Source: a virus (taxonomy: Duplodnaviria > Caudoviricetes). Taken from it: a stretch of DNA of 64,000 bases. A model generated the notes under the pieces. It was not told where the DNA came from. It ran no database searches and worked only from the letters and a program-made list of their open reading frames with translations. The DNA lies in the IMG/VR virus record IMGVR_UViG_3300021399_000010, positions 15,215 through 79,214 of that record; one strand, written 5' to 3'. The translations under genes were made by a program, and so were the position numbers. Shown piece after piece: positions 17,418 through 26,630 of this stretch (position 1 is the stretch's first letter; every line of letters begins with the position of its first letter).

Positions 17418-17777
17418 TTAAAGTGAATTAAATTCCTGTTCCATGTAGTTATTGTTACCATTCATCCAATTGTGTGTGAGCATCATCGTCATATTGAAGT
17501 CGTACTGTCCTCGTGTGATTTTGATAATCACATAAGGATAACCGAGTCCCTTGCAACGTGATATACACCCTTCCTTGTTTCCGCTTTCAGTACCACTCTC
17601 TCGTATTGCGATGTAGTATGGCTCGTGCAGCCCTCTCATAATCTCTCGATGGAAGTCGGACAATGAATGAATCATGTCCGACACGACGAGTGGTGAACAG
17701 ATGTTAGAAAATCCGTTTGCAGTTGCGGTGAGGATTTCACTGATGCGTGAGAATCCGATTTCGTTGTAAGTTTTCAT
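17418..17777 (-). CDS. Hypothetical protein
   Basis: 119-aa ORF. Confidence 0.7.
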   Translation of the reverse strand: MKTYNEIGFSRISEILTATANGFSNICSPLVVSDMIHSLSDFHREIMRGLHEPYYIAIRESGTESGNKEGCISRCKGLGYPYVIIKITRGQYDFNMTMMLTHNWMNGNNNYMEQEFNSL

Positions 17778-17802
17778 TGTTGTTGTTTTTTTTTGTTGTT
17801 AA

Positions 17803-18210
17803 TTACTTGTGTCCTATGAATGAAAGAATGGTCTCAAGGTCTCTGTCGTCGCAGACCTGCTCCAGAACATCTCTTATCGCACCTTTGTCGTTGTCGTCGA
17901 TGATTGAAGCAAGGAAGTCTCCCATGTCGTCGATGTTAAGCTTCTCTTCGCATTCAGAATAGTCCCTCTGAACAATTGCGTACACGATGTAGCCGAACAT
18001 CCATCTTTTGTTCACGTCTCTCCATGCCGCATTAATCTTGCGAACCAACTCTTTGTTGTGTGCGTTATACGTGTCCATGATGTCTGTGTAGTCCTCGTAA
18101 AAATCTCTGTGTTTCATTTTCGTTCTGTATTTATATATATTTATTAAACATTCTTCCGACGCGACGTCAACGGTCGTCGTGTTGAGAGTGAACACTTCTT
18201 TCCCCTTCAT
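17803..18210 (-). CDS. Hypothetical protein
   Basis: 135-aa ORF, ATGA overlap. Confidence 0.65.
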   Translation of the reverse strand: MKGKEVFTLNTTTVDVASEECLINIYKYRTKMKHRDFYEDYTDIMDTYNAHNKELVRKINAAWRDVNKRWMFGYIVYAIVQRDYSECEEKLNIDDMGDFLASIIDDNDKGAIRDVLEQVCDDRDLETILSFIGHK

Positions 18211-19121
18211 TCTTCGTGCGCAACGAAGTCTTCTTTGTTTAACCCTGCGCTATCGAACATGAATCCCTCTATCTTTTCAAGGTCTCCGTAGAATCCCCAA
18301 CAAGAATCAGCCTCTTCCCAATCCTCATGCTCGTAACACTCATCGTCTCTGTTCGCGTTGATGTACTCCTTGTGAATCACGCTCTTAACGCAGTCCTCAA
18401 CAACGTAGCCGTACACATCGTTGTCGCCCCAAGCCTCAAGTTCATTTCGCATTCCGTCGCACAGGTCGTAACAATCTTCCTTGTCCCAATATTCTTCTTT
18501 AATCCAATCCTTCAAAGCCTCGTCTTTTTCTAACCAAGCAATTCCTTCAGAGTCAGTAGAAAACTCTCTGTCGAAAGATATTTCTCCGTAGTAGCCGAAG
18601 CTGTATGACATAATCTTAACATTATCCGTAAGGCAGTTCTGGGCGCACCAATCAATAGTCTCATTCTGTACATCTCCGATGATAGTACACAAGTCTATAT
18701 CGTCTTTCTTGCCGTCATAGAACTCGTTCTCGTACCATCCATTCTCAGCATTTGTTGACCAATAGTGTGATGATGTCTCGTAGAGTATGTAGCCACGCCT
18801 TGACCTGTCATATACAAGTGCGCTACCAAACTCAACCTTATCTTTCCCGATTTTCTTTCCGTTGTCGATAAGGGCGTTGATAAACTTTTCTCTATTGCAG
18901 TTGTCTCCTGTCAGAATAAGATACTCAAGTAGCTTACGAGCGTTTTCTGATTTATTCTCTCGCTCATGCTTGTCCATAATCGAGTAGTCTCTTGACCAGT
19001 CCTCGCAGTGCAATGGGAAATCCCACATATAACGAGGATTCTCTGCGTTCTCTTCATAATAGAAGGAAATTCTCTGTAAGCCGTCCTTCTTGATAAATCT
19101 CTTTACTAAATCTCTTTCCAT
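18207..19121 (-). CDS. Acidic hypothetical protein
   Basis: 304-aa ORF rich in D/E/W/Y; leader repeat upstream. Confidence 0.8.
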   Translation of the reverse strand: MERDLVKRFIKKDGLQRISFYYEENAENPRYMWDFPLHCEDWSRDYSIMDKHERENKSENARKLLEYLILTGDNCNREKFINALIDNGKKIGKDKVEFGSALVYDRSRRGYILYETSSHYWSTNAENGWYENEFYDGKKDDIDLCTIIGDVQNETIDWCAQNCLTDNVKIMSYSFGYYGEISFDREFSTDSEGIAWLEKDEALKDWIKEEYWDKEDCYDLCDGMRNELEAWGDNDVYGYVVEDCVKSVIHKEYINANRDDECYEHEDWEEADSCWGFYGDLEKIEGFMFDSAGLNKEDFVAHEE

Positions 19122-19151
19122 GTTGTTAATGTTTTATGTTAATACTTTCGA

Positions 19152-19640
19152 TTAAATAGTTTCAACCCACTCAAAGAACGCCTTCAGGAACGGATGCAGA
19201 CGTGTTGCCATCATCGTCAGTCCATTGTCGTAGCCGTGTCCGCTGAGACGGAGCTGAATGAAATAGTCCATATTCTCATTAGTTGAGTAATACTCACCCA
19301 TACCACACCCACTCCAGCCGAAGCAGACGGCGTTCTCCGTAGGTGCATAATACACATGCGCATCCTGCCTACGGTCGCTCAGGCAACACACACTCAGCTT
19401 CTTGTTGTAGTTGGTATAGCTCACGTTTTGCTGATTCAGCCACTCTTCAAACTTCCAGCCAAGTCTGTTCTTGTATAACGCATCCACAGTGTCCACGAAG
19501 TCGATAGCGTCTTCGTAGCACGCCTTTATCATATTCACACGCTTCCAGAAGCCGTCCTCGCGCATCTGTCGTGCATTTCTTCTCTGCTCGGCAATCATAT
19601 TGCCCTGACGCTGTATCGCGTCCATGTTTCTTACTGCCAT
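19152..19640 (-). CDS. Hypothetical protein
   Basis: 162-aa ORF; leader repeat upstream. Confidence 0.8.
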   Translation of the reverse strand: MAVRNMDAIQRQGNMIAEQRRNARQMREDGFWKRVNMIKACYEDAIDFVDTVDALYKNRLGWKFEEWLNQQNVSYTNYNKKLSVCCLSDRRQDAHVYYAPTENAVCFGWSGCGMGEYYSTNENMDYFIQLRLSGHGYDNGLTMMATRLHPFLKAFFEWVETI

Positions 19641-19650
19641 AGTTGTAATG

Positions 19651-19830
19651 TTATTTGTTAATACTAATTTCTTTCCATTCTCTCATACACCCGCAATGTT
19701 TGCAATAACACTCGTCACTTTCATCCCATCCAAAAGATTCTCCAGTGTTGGGATTGAACCAAGACTTCTCCATTATATTGTCTGAGCCGCAGACGGCACA
19801 AACAATCTTTACTCCATTTAATTTTTCCAT
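19651..19830 (-). CDS. 59-aa zinc-ribbon protein not in the ORF track
   Basis: MEKLNGVKIVCAVCGSDN...CYCKHCGC...ISINK. Confidence 0.65.
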   Translation of the reverse strand: MEKLNGVKIVCAVCGSDNIMEKSWFNPNTGESFGWDESDECYCKHCGCMREWKEISINK

Positions 19831-20002
19831 AATCTATTTTGTTTAAAAGTTAATATTCAATTCAAAATGTCCGTCGGGTATCTCACGACAGCCAACAGAC
19901 TAAATAGTATCAATCTAAAACATAATGCAAATTAGTAGCTGCGACCACATCAAAGTGCAGACTCTAAGGTCATCGCAGCCGAACCGTGTAGATAGTGAAC
20001 GT

Positions 20003-20260
20003 TTATTCCTCCTCTTCCTTTTCCAGCTCAATGCCGAACCTGTCAGCCAAGTCTTCAACGGAATCCGTATAGAAGGATTCTTCTATGTCGTTCATGTCGT
20101 CATCGACTGTCTGTGCGTCAAGCGCGTCCAGAGTCTCTTCCCTGCCTATTGAAGAACGCTCAAGAAGTTCCTCAAGGGTTTCCTCTGCCTGTGTCCTCCA
20201 AAAGTAACCACGCACGTTCTTGCTGTTGTCCAAATCCCTGAATGTTATTTCCACGTTCAT
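20003..20260 (-). CDS. Very acidic small protein
   Basis: 28 D/E versus 8 K/R in 85 aa. Confidence 0.75.
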   Translation of the reverse strand: MNVEITFRDLDNSKNVRGYFWRTQAEETLEELLERSSIGREETLDALDAQTVDDDMNDIEESFYTDSVEDLADRFGIELEKEEEE

Positions 20261-20282
20261 AGTCGTAATGTTTTAATTGTTG

Positions 20283-20687
20283 TTATATGTTGTAAGTTTC
20301 CTGTAACCAATTAGTAATATCATAGATGTCGATACCAAACTGCGACCATTTGTCGTAAGCAGACATACAGCCCTGCCACACCTCGCTCAACCGCTTGCGG
20401 TATTCGTACTTATCATACCCAAACTCGTCGGCGAAGTCATACTTATCCTTTGCGTTTCGGTATGCGATTCCGTCAGATAGGAAGAAGTAGAATGCGTTAA
20501 TCAGCGCATCTGCTTTTAATGGACTCGCATCGTTGCAGTAGTATTCAAACTGAACTTTTGTTCCGTTGATAGTCACAAATACCCTGTAGTGGTTTTTCTC
20601 CCACTTCTCTCCCCAAGGATGAGCAACACCTTGATATTTGCTCGTCAGCTTAATTTCTGTTCCTTGATACTTAATTGTCGTTGCCAT
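20283..20687 (-). CDS. Hypothetical protein
   Basis: 134-aa ORF. Confidence 0.75.
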   Translation of the reverse strand: MATTIKYQGTEIKLTSKYQGVAHPWGEKWEKNHYRVFVTINGTKVQFEYYCNDASPLKADALINAFYFFLSDGIAYRNAKDKYDFADEFGYDKYEYRKRLSEVWQGCMSAYDKWSQFGIDIYDITNWLQETYNI

Positions 20688-20689
20688 AT

Positions 20690-20842
20690 TTACTGCTCTT
20701 TAATTTGTTCTTTGATAATTTTGCTTAACTCCTTGTAGTTTTGCCCAGCAGGGGTATTGCGCCCCTGCCAAGCCATTTCACCAAGAGCGGTCTGAATAAG
20801 TCCTACCGCCCAATCGTCCACGAATAACTTATACGTCTTCAT
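20690..20842 (-). CDS. 50-aa hypothetical protein not in the ORF track
   Basis: MKTYKLFVDDWAVGLIQTALGEMAWQG...; ATGA overlap with the upstream gene. Confidence 0.6.
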   Translation of the reverse strand: MKTYKLFVDDWAVGLIQTALGEMAWQGRNTPAGQNYKELSKIIKEQIKEQ

Positions 20843-22644
20843 ACTGCTGCAACGATTTCGTTGTACATACGTTCCATTTCAGCATAGGCTATCTTGTGAC
20901 AGCCTGCCGTGAGTATGTCGTTCTCGTAAGAACTAATCGTGTATTTGCCACTGCCCTTCGTATCAATCTGCATCTCCTTGAAGCAACTTGGATTCTCATG
21001 CCATCTGCTTACAATCTTCCACATCTTCTTGCAGACCTCCACAGGGATTCTGATATTCTTTGATGTCTCCACCTTGTCCTTGCTCAAGTTTAAGCGCAGG
21101 AGGACGTTGCCGCCGAAGAAGAAATCAGCACTTGCTGACTGACTCTCAGCTCCGTATATATCCATGTAATGCAGTCTCCACAGGTCACGATAACCTTCGA
21201 CACCTCGCTCGATACATTTCTGTATCTGCGCCTGCTTGACTTTCTCTTGGTATTCCTTCTCCTTGCGCTCTTCTTTCTCCCTGCGAATACGCTCAATCTC
21301 AGCAGCACGTCTTTTAGCCTCTTTGTCAGCAAAGTATTTGTCCTGCTTGCGGATAAACTCTGCGCAGACAGCATACTCTGTCTCTGTCGTGTTCTCTCGC
21401 AGGTAGCCGTCATTGATGTACACGTCGTCGTCCCATCGGTTTGCCTTCTCCTTTTTGTGTGCCTTGATGCTATTGAGGATGCCGAGAGCCTTGCGGTTGT
21501 TGGCTACATCGTTGCACTTTGCATAGAAGTCTGCAATCCACTGTTCTTTGTCCTCACTCTTGCGGAATCCGTCATAGTCGAATGATACGCTCGTTCCAAG
21601 CCAGTAGAATCCCATGATGTACTCGCCACTGCACTCGTAGAGCACCCCGTTATCTTTGTTGATGCAGTTGTTGTAGACAACGTTCTCGCAACTACCGTTC
21701 CAAGAACTCTGCATCGGCTCGACCCCTACAATCCACTTGTATGCGTTTCTGAAGTTCTTGTTGTACTTCTCCCTGCGCTCGCTTTCGTGCTTTCTGTACT
21801 CCTTGTTGGCAAGAGCCTTGAAGTGCAGCTCAACACGCTCCTTTGCAGTCAAGGAGCGAATCTGGTCTGCTGTAAGTCCGCTATCAAGACGACCACCCCA
21901 ATAACTGCTTTCATAAGGACTTGCAATACCAAGTCTCTCGCACAACTTTTCAATCTTCGCACGCTTGTCGGCTGATTTACGGAATCGTGCGCAGTAGTCC
22001 CAATACTTCTTGTATGTACCCTCGCCGAATAGTGCATCAGTAAGTACCTGCACGTTGCGCTCTCCGTCCTTGAGCATCTTGACCAACTTACGCTTGTACT
22101 TCTTTATTTCTTCGCTATTTGAGTCTGCCTTGCCAGACTTAGCCTTGAGATACTTGTTGATGCTCGTGTCCTTGTACAGAGAGCACAACTCTTCAATGTA
22201 GTCCCAAGGAGTGAAATCTACCTTCTCCAAGCCCTTCTTCTTGCCGTCCTTGATGGCTGCAATCTGGTCGTAGATACGACCGACATAGTGGTCTATCATC
22301 TGCATCCTGTGGTGCTCCTTGAAATCCTCGTCACTGAAGTTGTAGCGGCTTACAAGATTACAGTTTCTCCAACCATAGTACGAGTTACTGCCGAAGTCCA
22401 AAGGGAATACATGCACATCGTCAGGGAACAGCCCCTTGTACAACTTGTGCTTGCTGCTTGACGGACTTGTGCTGCCGTCGAAGATTGCGACCACATTCTT
22501 CTCCATGTCCAGCCACTGACCGAAAACTGTCGAATAGCTGAAATAGTTGCGACCCTCGTATCTTACGTTGCCTGCTGAGATACGTCCGTTCTTACCCTCT
22601 AACTTGTTCGCAAATCTGTGTGCGATGTCATGTCTGTTTGCCAT
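20839..22644 (-). CDS. Large hypothetical protein (601 aa)
   Basis: Probable start MANRHDIA at 22644 behind a leader repeat; central coiled coil; C-terminal LTAGCHKI. Confidence 0.85.
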   Translation of the reverse strand: MANRHDIAHRFANKLEGKNGRISAGNVRYEGRNYFSYSTVFGQWLDMEKNVVAIFDGSTSPSSSKHKLYKGLFPDDVHVFPLDFGSNSYYGWRNCNLVSRYNFSDEDFKEHHRMQMIDHYVGRIYDQIAAIKDGKKKGLEKVDFTPWDYIEELCSLYKDTSINKYLKAKSGKADSNSEEIKKYKRKLVKMLKDGERNVQVLTDALFGEGTYKKYWDYCARFRKSADKRAKIEKLCERLGIASPYESSYWGGRLDSGLTADQIRSLTAKERVELHFKALANKEYRKHESERREKYNKNFRNAYKWIVGVEPMQSSWNGSCENVVYNNCINKDNGVLYECSGEYIMGFYWLGTSVSFDYDGFRKSEDKEQWIADFYAKCNDVANNRKALGILNSIKAHKKEKANRWDDDVYINDGYLRENTTETEYAVCAEFIRKQDKYFADKEAKRRAAEIERIRREKEERKEKEYQEKVKQAQIQKCIERGVEGYRDLWRLHYMDIYGAESQSASADFFFGGNVLLRLNLSKDKVETSKNIRIPVEVCKKMWKIVSRWHENPSCFKEMQIDTKGSGKYTISSYENDILTAGCHKIAYAEMERMYNEIVAAV

Positions 22645-22927
22645 AATTCTTAATGTTTTAAATTTTAATACTATTGTTAAAAATAAACTTGCAATTTTTA
22701 GTGTTATGCCCAATATGGCTTTGTCCACTTGTTAATATAATCATACTTTTGCTTTGGGTATGGAAGATAGTCATCCATGTATTCATGGTCAACAAGTCTG
22801 CCACTAATAAGATACCAATCAGTCATTGTGTAACCTCCTGCCAAGAATGGCATTTCAATTGGTCGCTGCGACAAAAAATGTGAAGTCGCGTTATAATCCT
22901 GCTGTGTCATATTCTGTCCTCCTATAT

Positions 22928-23332
22928 TTAAAAACGTATATTGTTAATGCATGCCTGCTTTGCCTCCTCCATCGTGTCGAATGTAGCAAAACCGCAATGC
23001 TGGGCGGCATACCATTTGTTATTCATCTTGAAAAAAATGTCAGAGTTACAAAAGCCTCTTGCGTTATGTGTAGGAAACATTCTGAATCCGTCGCATCTGA
23101 TTCCGTTGCGGATGCCATATATCCAACTTTTGCCGATTAGCTTACCCCAATCCCAACAAGTCCAATTAAACAAGTCCCAAATGGCCTCGTCTGTGAGTGG
23201 ACGCTCGTTTTTCGGGGTGATGACTGTCCCAATACACGCAACTTTAATAGTGCGCTCTTCTTTTGGGATATATTTGCCATTTTTGTCGTATCTGTCTGCG
23301 AATATCTGATATACTTTTATCTTTTGTCTCAT
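22928..23332 (-). CDS. Hypothetical protein
   Basis: 134-aa ORF; AGGAGG 8 nt upstream. Confidence 0.75.
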   Translation of the reverse strand: MRQKIKVYQIFADRYDKNGKYIPKEERTIKVACIGTVITPKNERPLTDEAIWDLFNWTCWDWGKLIGKSWIYGIRNGIRCDGFRMFPTHNARGFCNSDIFFKMNNKWYAAQHCGFATFDTMEEAKQACINNIRF

Positions 23333-23445
23333 AATTCAGTCCTCCTGCTTTTGTAAACGTTCAAGTTTTGAAATATATGCTCCCAAGCGATAATATTCGT
23401 CCGAGTGGATGCGTGTGCATTTTTCTCTTACTTCGTATTTTTCGT

Positions 23446-23628
23446 TCATGCCTGCTCCTCCTCATCAATTACGTCGACATCAAGAATATCGTCCTGCGGA
23501 TAGTCTGTCTGCGACAGGTACATACATGCGTCCATTAACGCTTGGTCTTTGTTCTCTCCGATGCCACTGCAAGTCAATACCATGCCAGTGACCAATGTGA
23601 CTTTAATCACAAATGCTTTTGCTTTCAT
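23446..23628 (-). CDS. Small acidic hypothetical protein
   Basis: Probable start MKAKAF at 23628. Confidence 0.6.
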   Translation of the reverse strand: MKAKAFVIKVTLVTGMVLTCSGIGENKDQALMDACMYLSQTDYPQDDILDVDVIDEEEQA

Positions 23629-23705
23629 TGCTTTTTGTTTTAAAGTTGATACTAAAATCTGTCGGTCGGACGGCGTGCAGAGTGTGAACGTCGCCCAATT
23701 CTGAC

Positions 23706-23915
23706 TTAAAAATAAAACTCTGTGAATACTTCTTTCGTGCCCTTGAAAAAATGCTCGTGGTTTGCGTCTGAAAACTTGCAGCATGAATAAGTCCTGCTGC
23801 CTTTGTCGTACTCGCCACGCACCCACACGACACTCTCCTTTACCCAGTCCTGCTCTCCGTAGTCCTTCAGCGTGAAGAACTCGCCTACTTTGAGGTCTTT
23901 AATCTGCTTTTCCAT
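23706..23915 (-). CDS. Hypothetical protein
   Basis: Probable start MEKQIKDLKVGEFF at 23915. Confidence 0.7.
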   Translation of the reverse strand: MEKQIKDLKVGEFFTLKDYGEQDWVKESVVWVRGEYDKGSRTYSCCKFSDANHEHFFKGTKEVFTEFYF

Positions 23916-24156
23916 ATCTCTACTATGATAATGCACGGATGCCTGCAATACAAGCACACATGTCCAAATTCTCTTTATTAATTATTAATATTAATTATTG
24001 TAGCAGGCCGACTTTCGCTGTCGGTACACCAAAGGCCACTGCTCAGATGACGCATTTAGCGTGTGTTCCGCACGACTCAGTGACGTGCCATATAGTTGAG
24101 TCCTGCGAGGCTACCAAGAACACCGCAGGACATGGCGAGGACGCAGATTGTGTACA
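23916..24156 (-). ncRNA. Candidate structured intergenic RNA
   Basis: Stems 24100-24107/24124-24131, 24070-24074/24084-24088, 24008-24012/24020-24024. Confidence 0.4.
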
Positions 24157-24657
24157 TCAGATAAACAGACTTATTGCGTCCACCATCCAATTCTTTCCAG
24201 CTTGCGACTCAGCAAAACTGCGCGAAGACACATACAACTCTGTCAAGTTACCTTCCCACTCGACATACTCAAAGTCGTCTGGTTTGTAGTCGTCACGTTC
24301 AAGACTCACACTCCACCCGCCGTGCCAATCGTGTATGCGGACTACTTTTGCGGTGTAGTTAACGCCAGTTTTAAGAATTCGCTCCCAATCCTCTCTATAA
24401 AGGTTGCCGTACTGATTAGTCGCCGAATAATACAGCGACAAGCAGTCGCCGCAATTCATCTCAACTGCCGCTGCGGTGAGGAACACCCTCACACGCCCCC
24501 ATAGTTCGGACTCGTCCTTGGCGGACTTCATCTCGTCCTGCCTGTAGCGCAGGACATCGAGTGCGAGGTCGTCGTAGCCGTCTGTGAAGACGTTGCTATT
24601 GTCTGCCAACTCAGTTTCCAACTCTCTCACAATCTGTGAATACTTTTTTGTTGTCAT
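24157..24657 (-). CDS. Acidic hypothetical protein
   Basis: 166-aa ORF. Confidence 0.8.
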   Translation of the reverse strand: MTTKKYSQIVRELETELADNSNVFTDGYDDLALDVLRYRQDEMKSAKDESELWGRVRVFLTAAAVEMNCGDCLSLYYSATNQYGNLYREDWERILKTGVNYTAKVVRIHDWHGGWSVSLERDDYKPDDFEYVEWEGNLTELYVSSRSFAESQAGKNWMVDAISLFI

Positions 24658-24686
24658 TGTCGTATATTTTATTGGTTAAACGTATT

Positions 24687-24751
24687 GAGCCTGCTATCGG
24701 AGTCGAACCGACACACCTTTTCACAAAGGCGACCGTGCCTGTCCGCAGACT
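24687..24751 (-). tRNA. tRNA-like element with a GUGA tetraloop in place of the anticodon loop
   Basis: Acceptor AGTCTGC/GCAGGCT, D-arm GAC-AGGCACG-GTC, CCTTT-GTGA-AAAGG, T-arm GTCGG-TTCGACT-CCGAT; 65 nt, no CCA. Confidence 0.65.
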
Positions 24752-24869
24752 TGATATGTGCGCTTTGACTTTATCGCTAAAGCAGCAACGCACGAAACGA
24801 AAAGCGGTGTCGCTACACCTTGATGAAACGACACCAACGCAGCCGCCCCGTGTTGAGAGTGAACACGGC

Positions 24870-25166
24870 CTATCTTGTCTCGTATACAAATATCCCTGTC
24901 TCCATGTCCTTCACTTCAGTCGGCAGGCCGAACTCTGTCCTCATTTTATGAGCATAAAGCTTCGCCATCCTCAGCGTACCGAAGAAGTTAAATGTTGCAC
25001 CTATTTCGTTGGATATATTCCATTTGCTCCACGAGGAAGGCCAACCTTCCTCAATGTTTTTCCGCCTCATGGCACGTATGTACATATCACGTCTCTCTCT
25101 GGCAGTCCTGCCACGTCCATTGCGCCACACCTTCTTGGCGCACATCATTTCTTCACACTTTGTCAT
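24870..25166 (-). CDS. Basic hypothetical protein
   Basis: 98-aa ORF. Confidence 0.65.
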   Translation of the reverse strand: MTKCEEMMCAKKVWRNGRGRTARERRDMYIRAMRRKNIEEGWPSSWSKWNISNEIGATFNFFGTLRMAKLYAHKMRTEFGLPTEVKDMETGIFVYETR

Positions 25167-25169
25167 AAT

Positions 25170-26028
25170 CTTTTCTATTTAATTTTTTTGTTGTGCTCAT
25201 GCTTTATCCCGACTTGCACTACGGACTACATATGTGCAAAAATTACACATGGTAGGTGCATTTACAACACGGGCACACGCAACACGTACGTATGCCCCTG
25301 CTGATATTCTGTATGTGAAGCAAGTGCTGGACGCCGCCCCAGCATAAACCACTACGCCGCGTATTTTGGCTTGCTACTATCCTTCCATTTGGGCTACGGC
25401 ACGCCACCGCCGCTTTCCGCCATCCGCGCATTTTGCACCCACATTTGCATGCTCAAAAGCATCGACAGCAAGCAGGTACTATTATTCGCTGCTTTGTTCA
25501 CGTCTGCTGTCATACGGCCGCTTGCATAAAATAAACGGCAAAGTGGCATTTTAACTGCAAATGCCAAACGCCTGCTATATCTTTCACAGGTTGTTCGCAG
25601 CCAGTCGCTAACAAAATGTCACCACACAAAATTACTTTATTGTGCCACACGGCGCCACCTGCTAACTAAAGCGTCCCTAAACTATCCGCTATCCTGCCGC
25701 CATACAAAAGCGGTTAATTCAATTGGAATAACTGCCCACACCAACAAATCGGTGCTACGGGCAGGCTATAGGGCACGCCTGTGCCTCTGCCTTTTCTTCT
25801 TTTATGGAATAATGCCAAATATCGCTTTACGCCTTGCTGCTTACTCGCTATCTGTGCCTCTGCTTAAGCGATAACACACGCTTACGCTGGCGGTGCTGAT
25901 AAAAACACAACACGCAAACGGATAGTTTTTGGCAGGTTGGCGCCCACCTGGCATAGCAGGTAGGTTTTTGTTGTGGGGCGGTAGCAATCAAATGCTTACG
26001 CTCAAGGCGCCGCCCCCAGCCCCCGCTG
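25170..26028 (-). ncRNA. Candidate large structured non-coding RNA or DNA signal
   Basis: About 860 nt with no convincing ORF, GC-richer than its flanks, several hairpins and GC-GTAA-GC loops. Confidence 0.4.
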
Positions 26029-26538
26029 TTAGATTACATTGGCCACACGCTCTACGAATGTTTCAGTATCGATGGCACCAACCTTTAGCGCTAATATCAG
26101 CGCCTGCTTGTGGTAGCAGGTAGGGCGCGAAATATCTGCCATATCCTTCTCGACTGCTGCCCTATATGCCAGATATGATGCTATTGCGTCCAGCGTAGGC
26201 GCAGCGGTAGCACTGCCAGATATAGGCCGATATTCATACACGCCGCCGTATAGCGTTATCAGCTCGCCGCCTTTATATGATTTGGCACGGGCGGGCACTA
26301 TCTTGCAGAAGCGGCCGGCACTATCCTTTGGCAGGAGCGACAAATCGAAGCCCCGTCCGGTTATCTTATTAGCCACCTGCCAGAGGCGTTTTACATTCTC
26401 GAGCACTACGCCGTCTAATGCCGTATTTTTCTTCGCCTGCTTATTTAAGGCATGTAGCCAGAAAAGATTGCTCTTTGTCACTTCTTTCATTTCTCGCTTG
26501 GCAGCGGTAGCAACCGCCGTAAATTCATTCTTTGCCAT
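26029..26538 (-). CDS. Hypothetical protein, first gene of the leftward unit
   Basis: Probable start MAKNEF at 26538, downstream of a promoter box. Confidence 0.7.
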   Translation of the reverse strand: MAKNEFTAVATAAKREMKEVTKSNLFWLHALNKQAKKNTALDGVVLENVKRLWQVANKITGRGFDLSLLPKDSAGRFCKIVPARAKSYKGGELITLYGGVYEYRPISGSATAAPTLDAIASYLAYRAAVEKDMADISRPTCYHKQALILALKVGAIDTETFVERVANVI

Positions 26539-26606
26539 AATTGTAAACGTTTTAGTTAATGATATTTTGTTGTTTTGTTGCATCGATTACGTTTTGTAAT
26601 CTGCTG

Positions 26607-26614
26607 CAAAGGTA
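26607..26614 (-). promoter_or_regulatory. Bacteroidota -7 box (TACCTTTG) for leftward genes
   Basis: Exact TAnnTTTG about 70 nt upstream of the first leftward ORF. Confidence 0.65.
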
Positions 26615-26630
26615 GGGACAATAAACAAAA

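Larger units (their letters stand above)
16097..22673 (-). repeat. Dispersed ~27-nt leader repeat, consensus AGTATTAACATwAAACATTA-n4-5-ATG
   Basis: Copies directly before the ATGs at 16562, 16826, 19121, 19640 and 22644; partial copies at 16096 and 20260. Confidence 0.75.

Noticed and set aside
24636-25304. 222-aa plus-strand ORF across the tRNA-like element
   Set aside because: Opposite to every neighbouring gene, overlaps a better minus-strand ORF, and has atypical composition.
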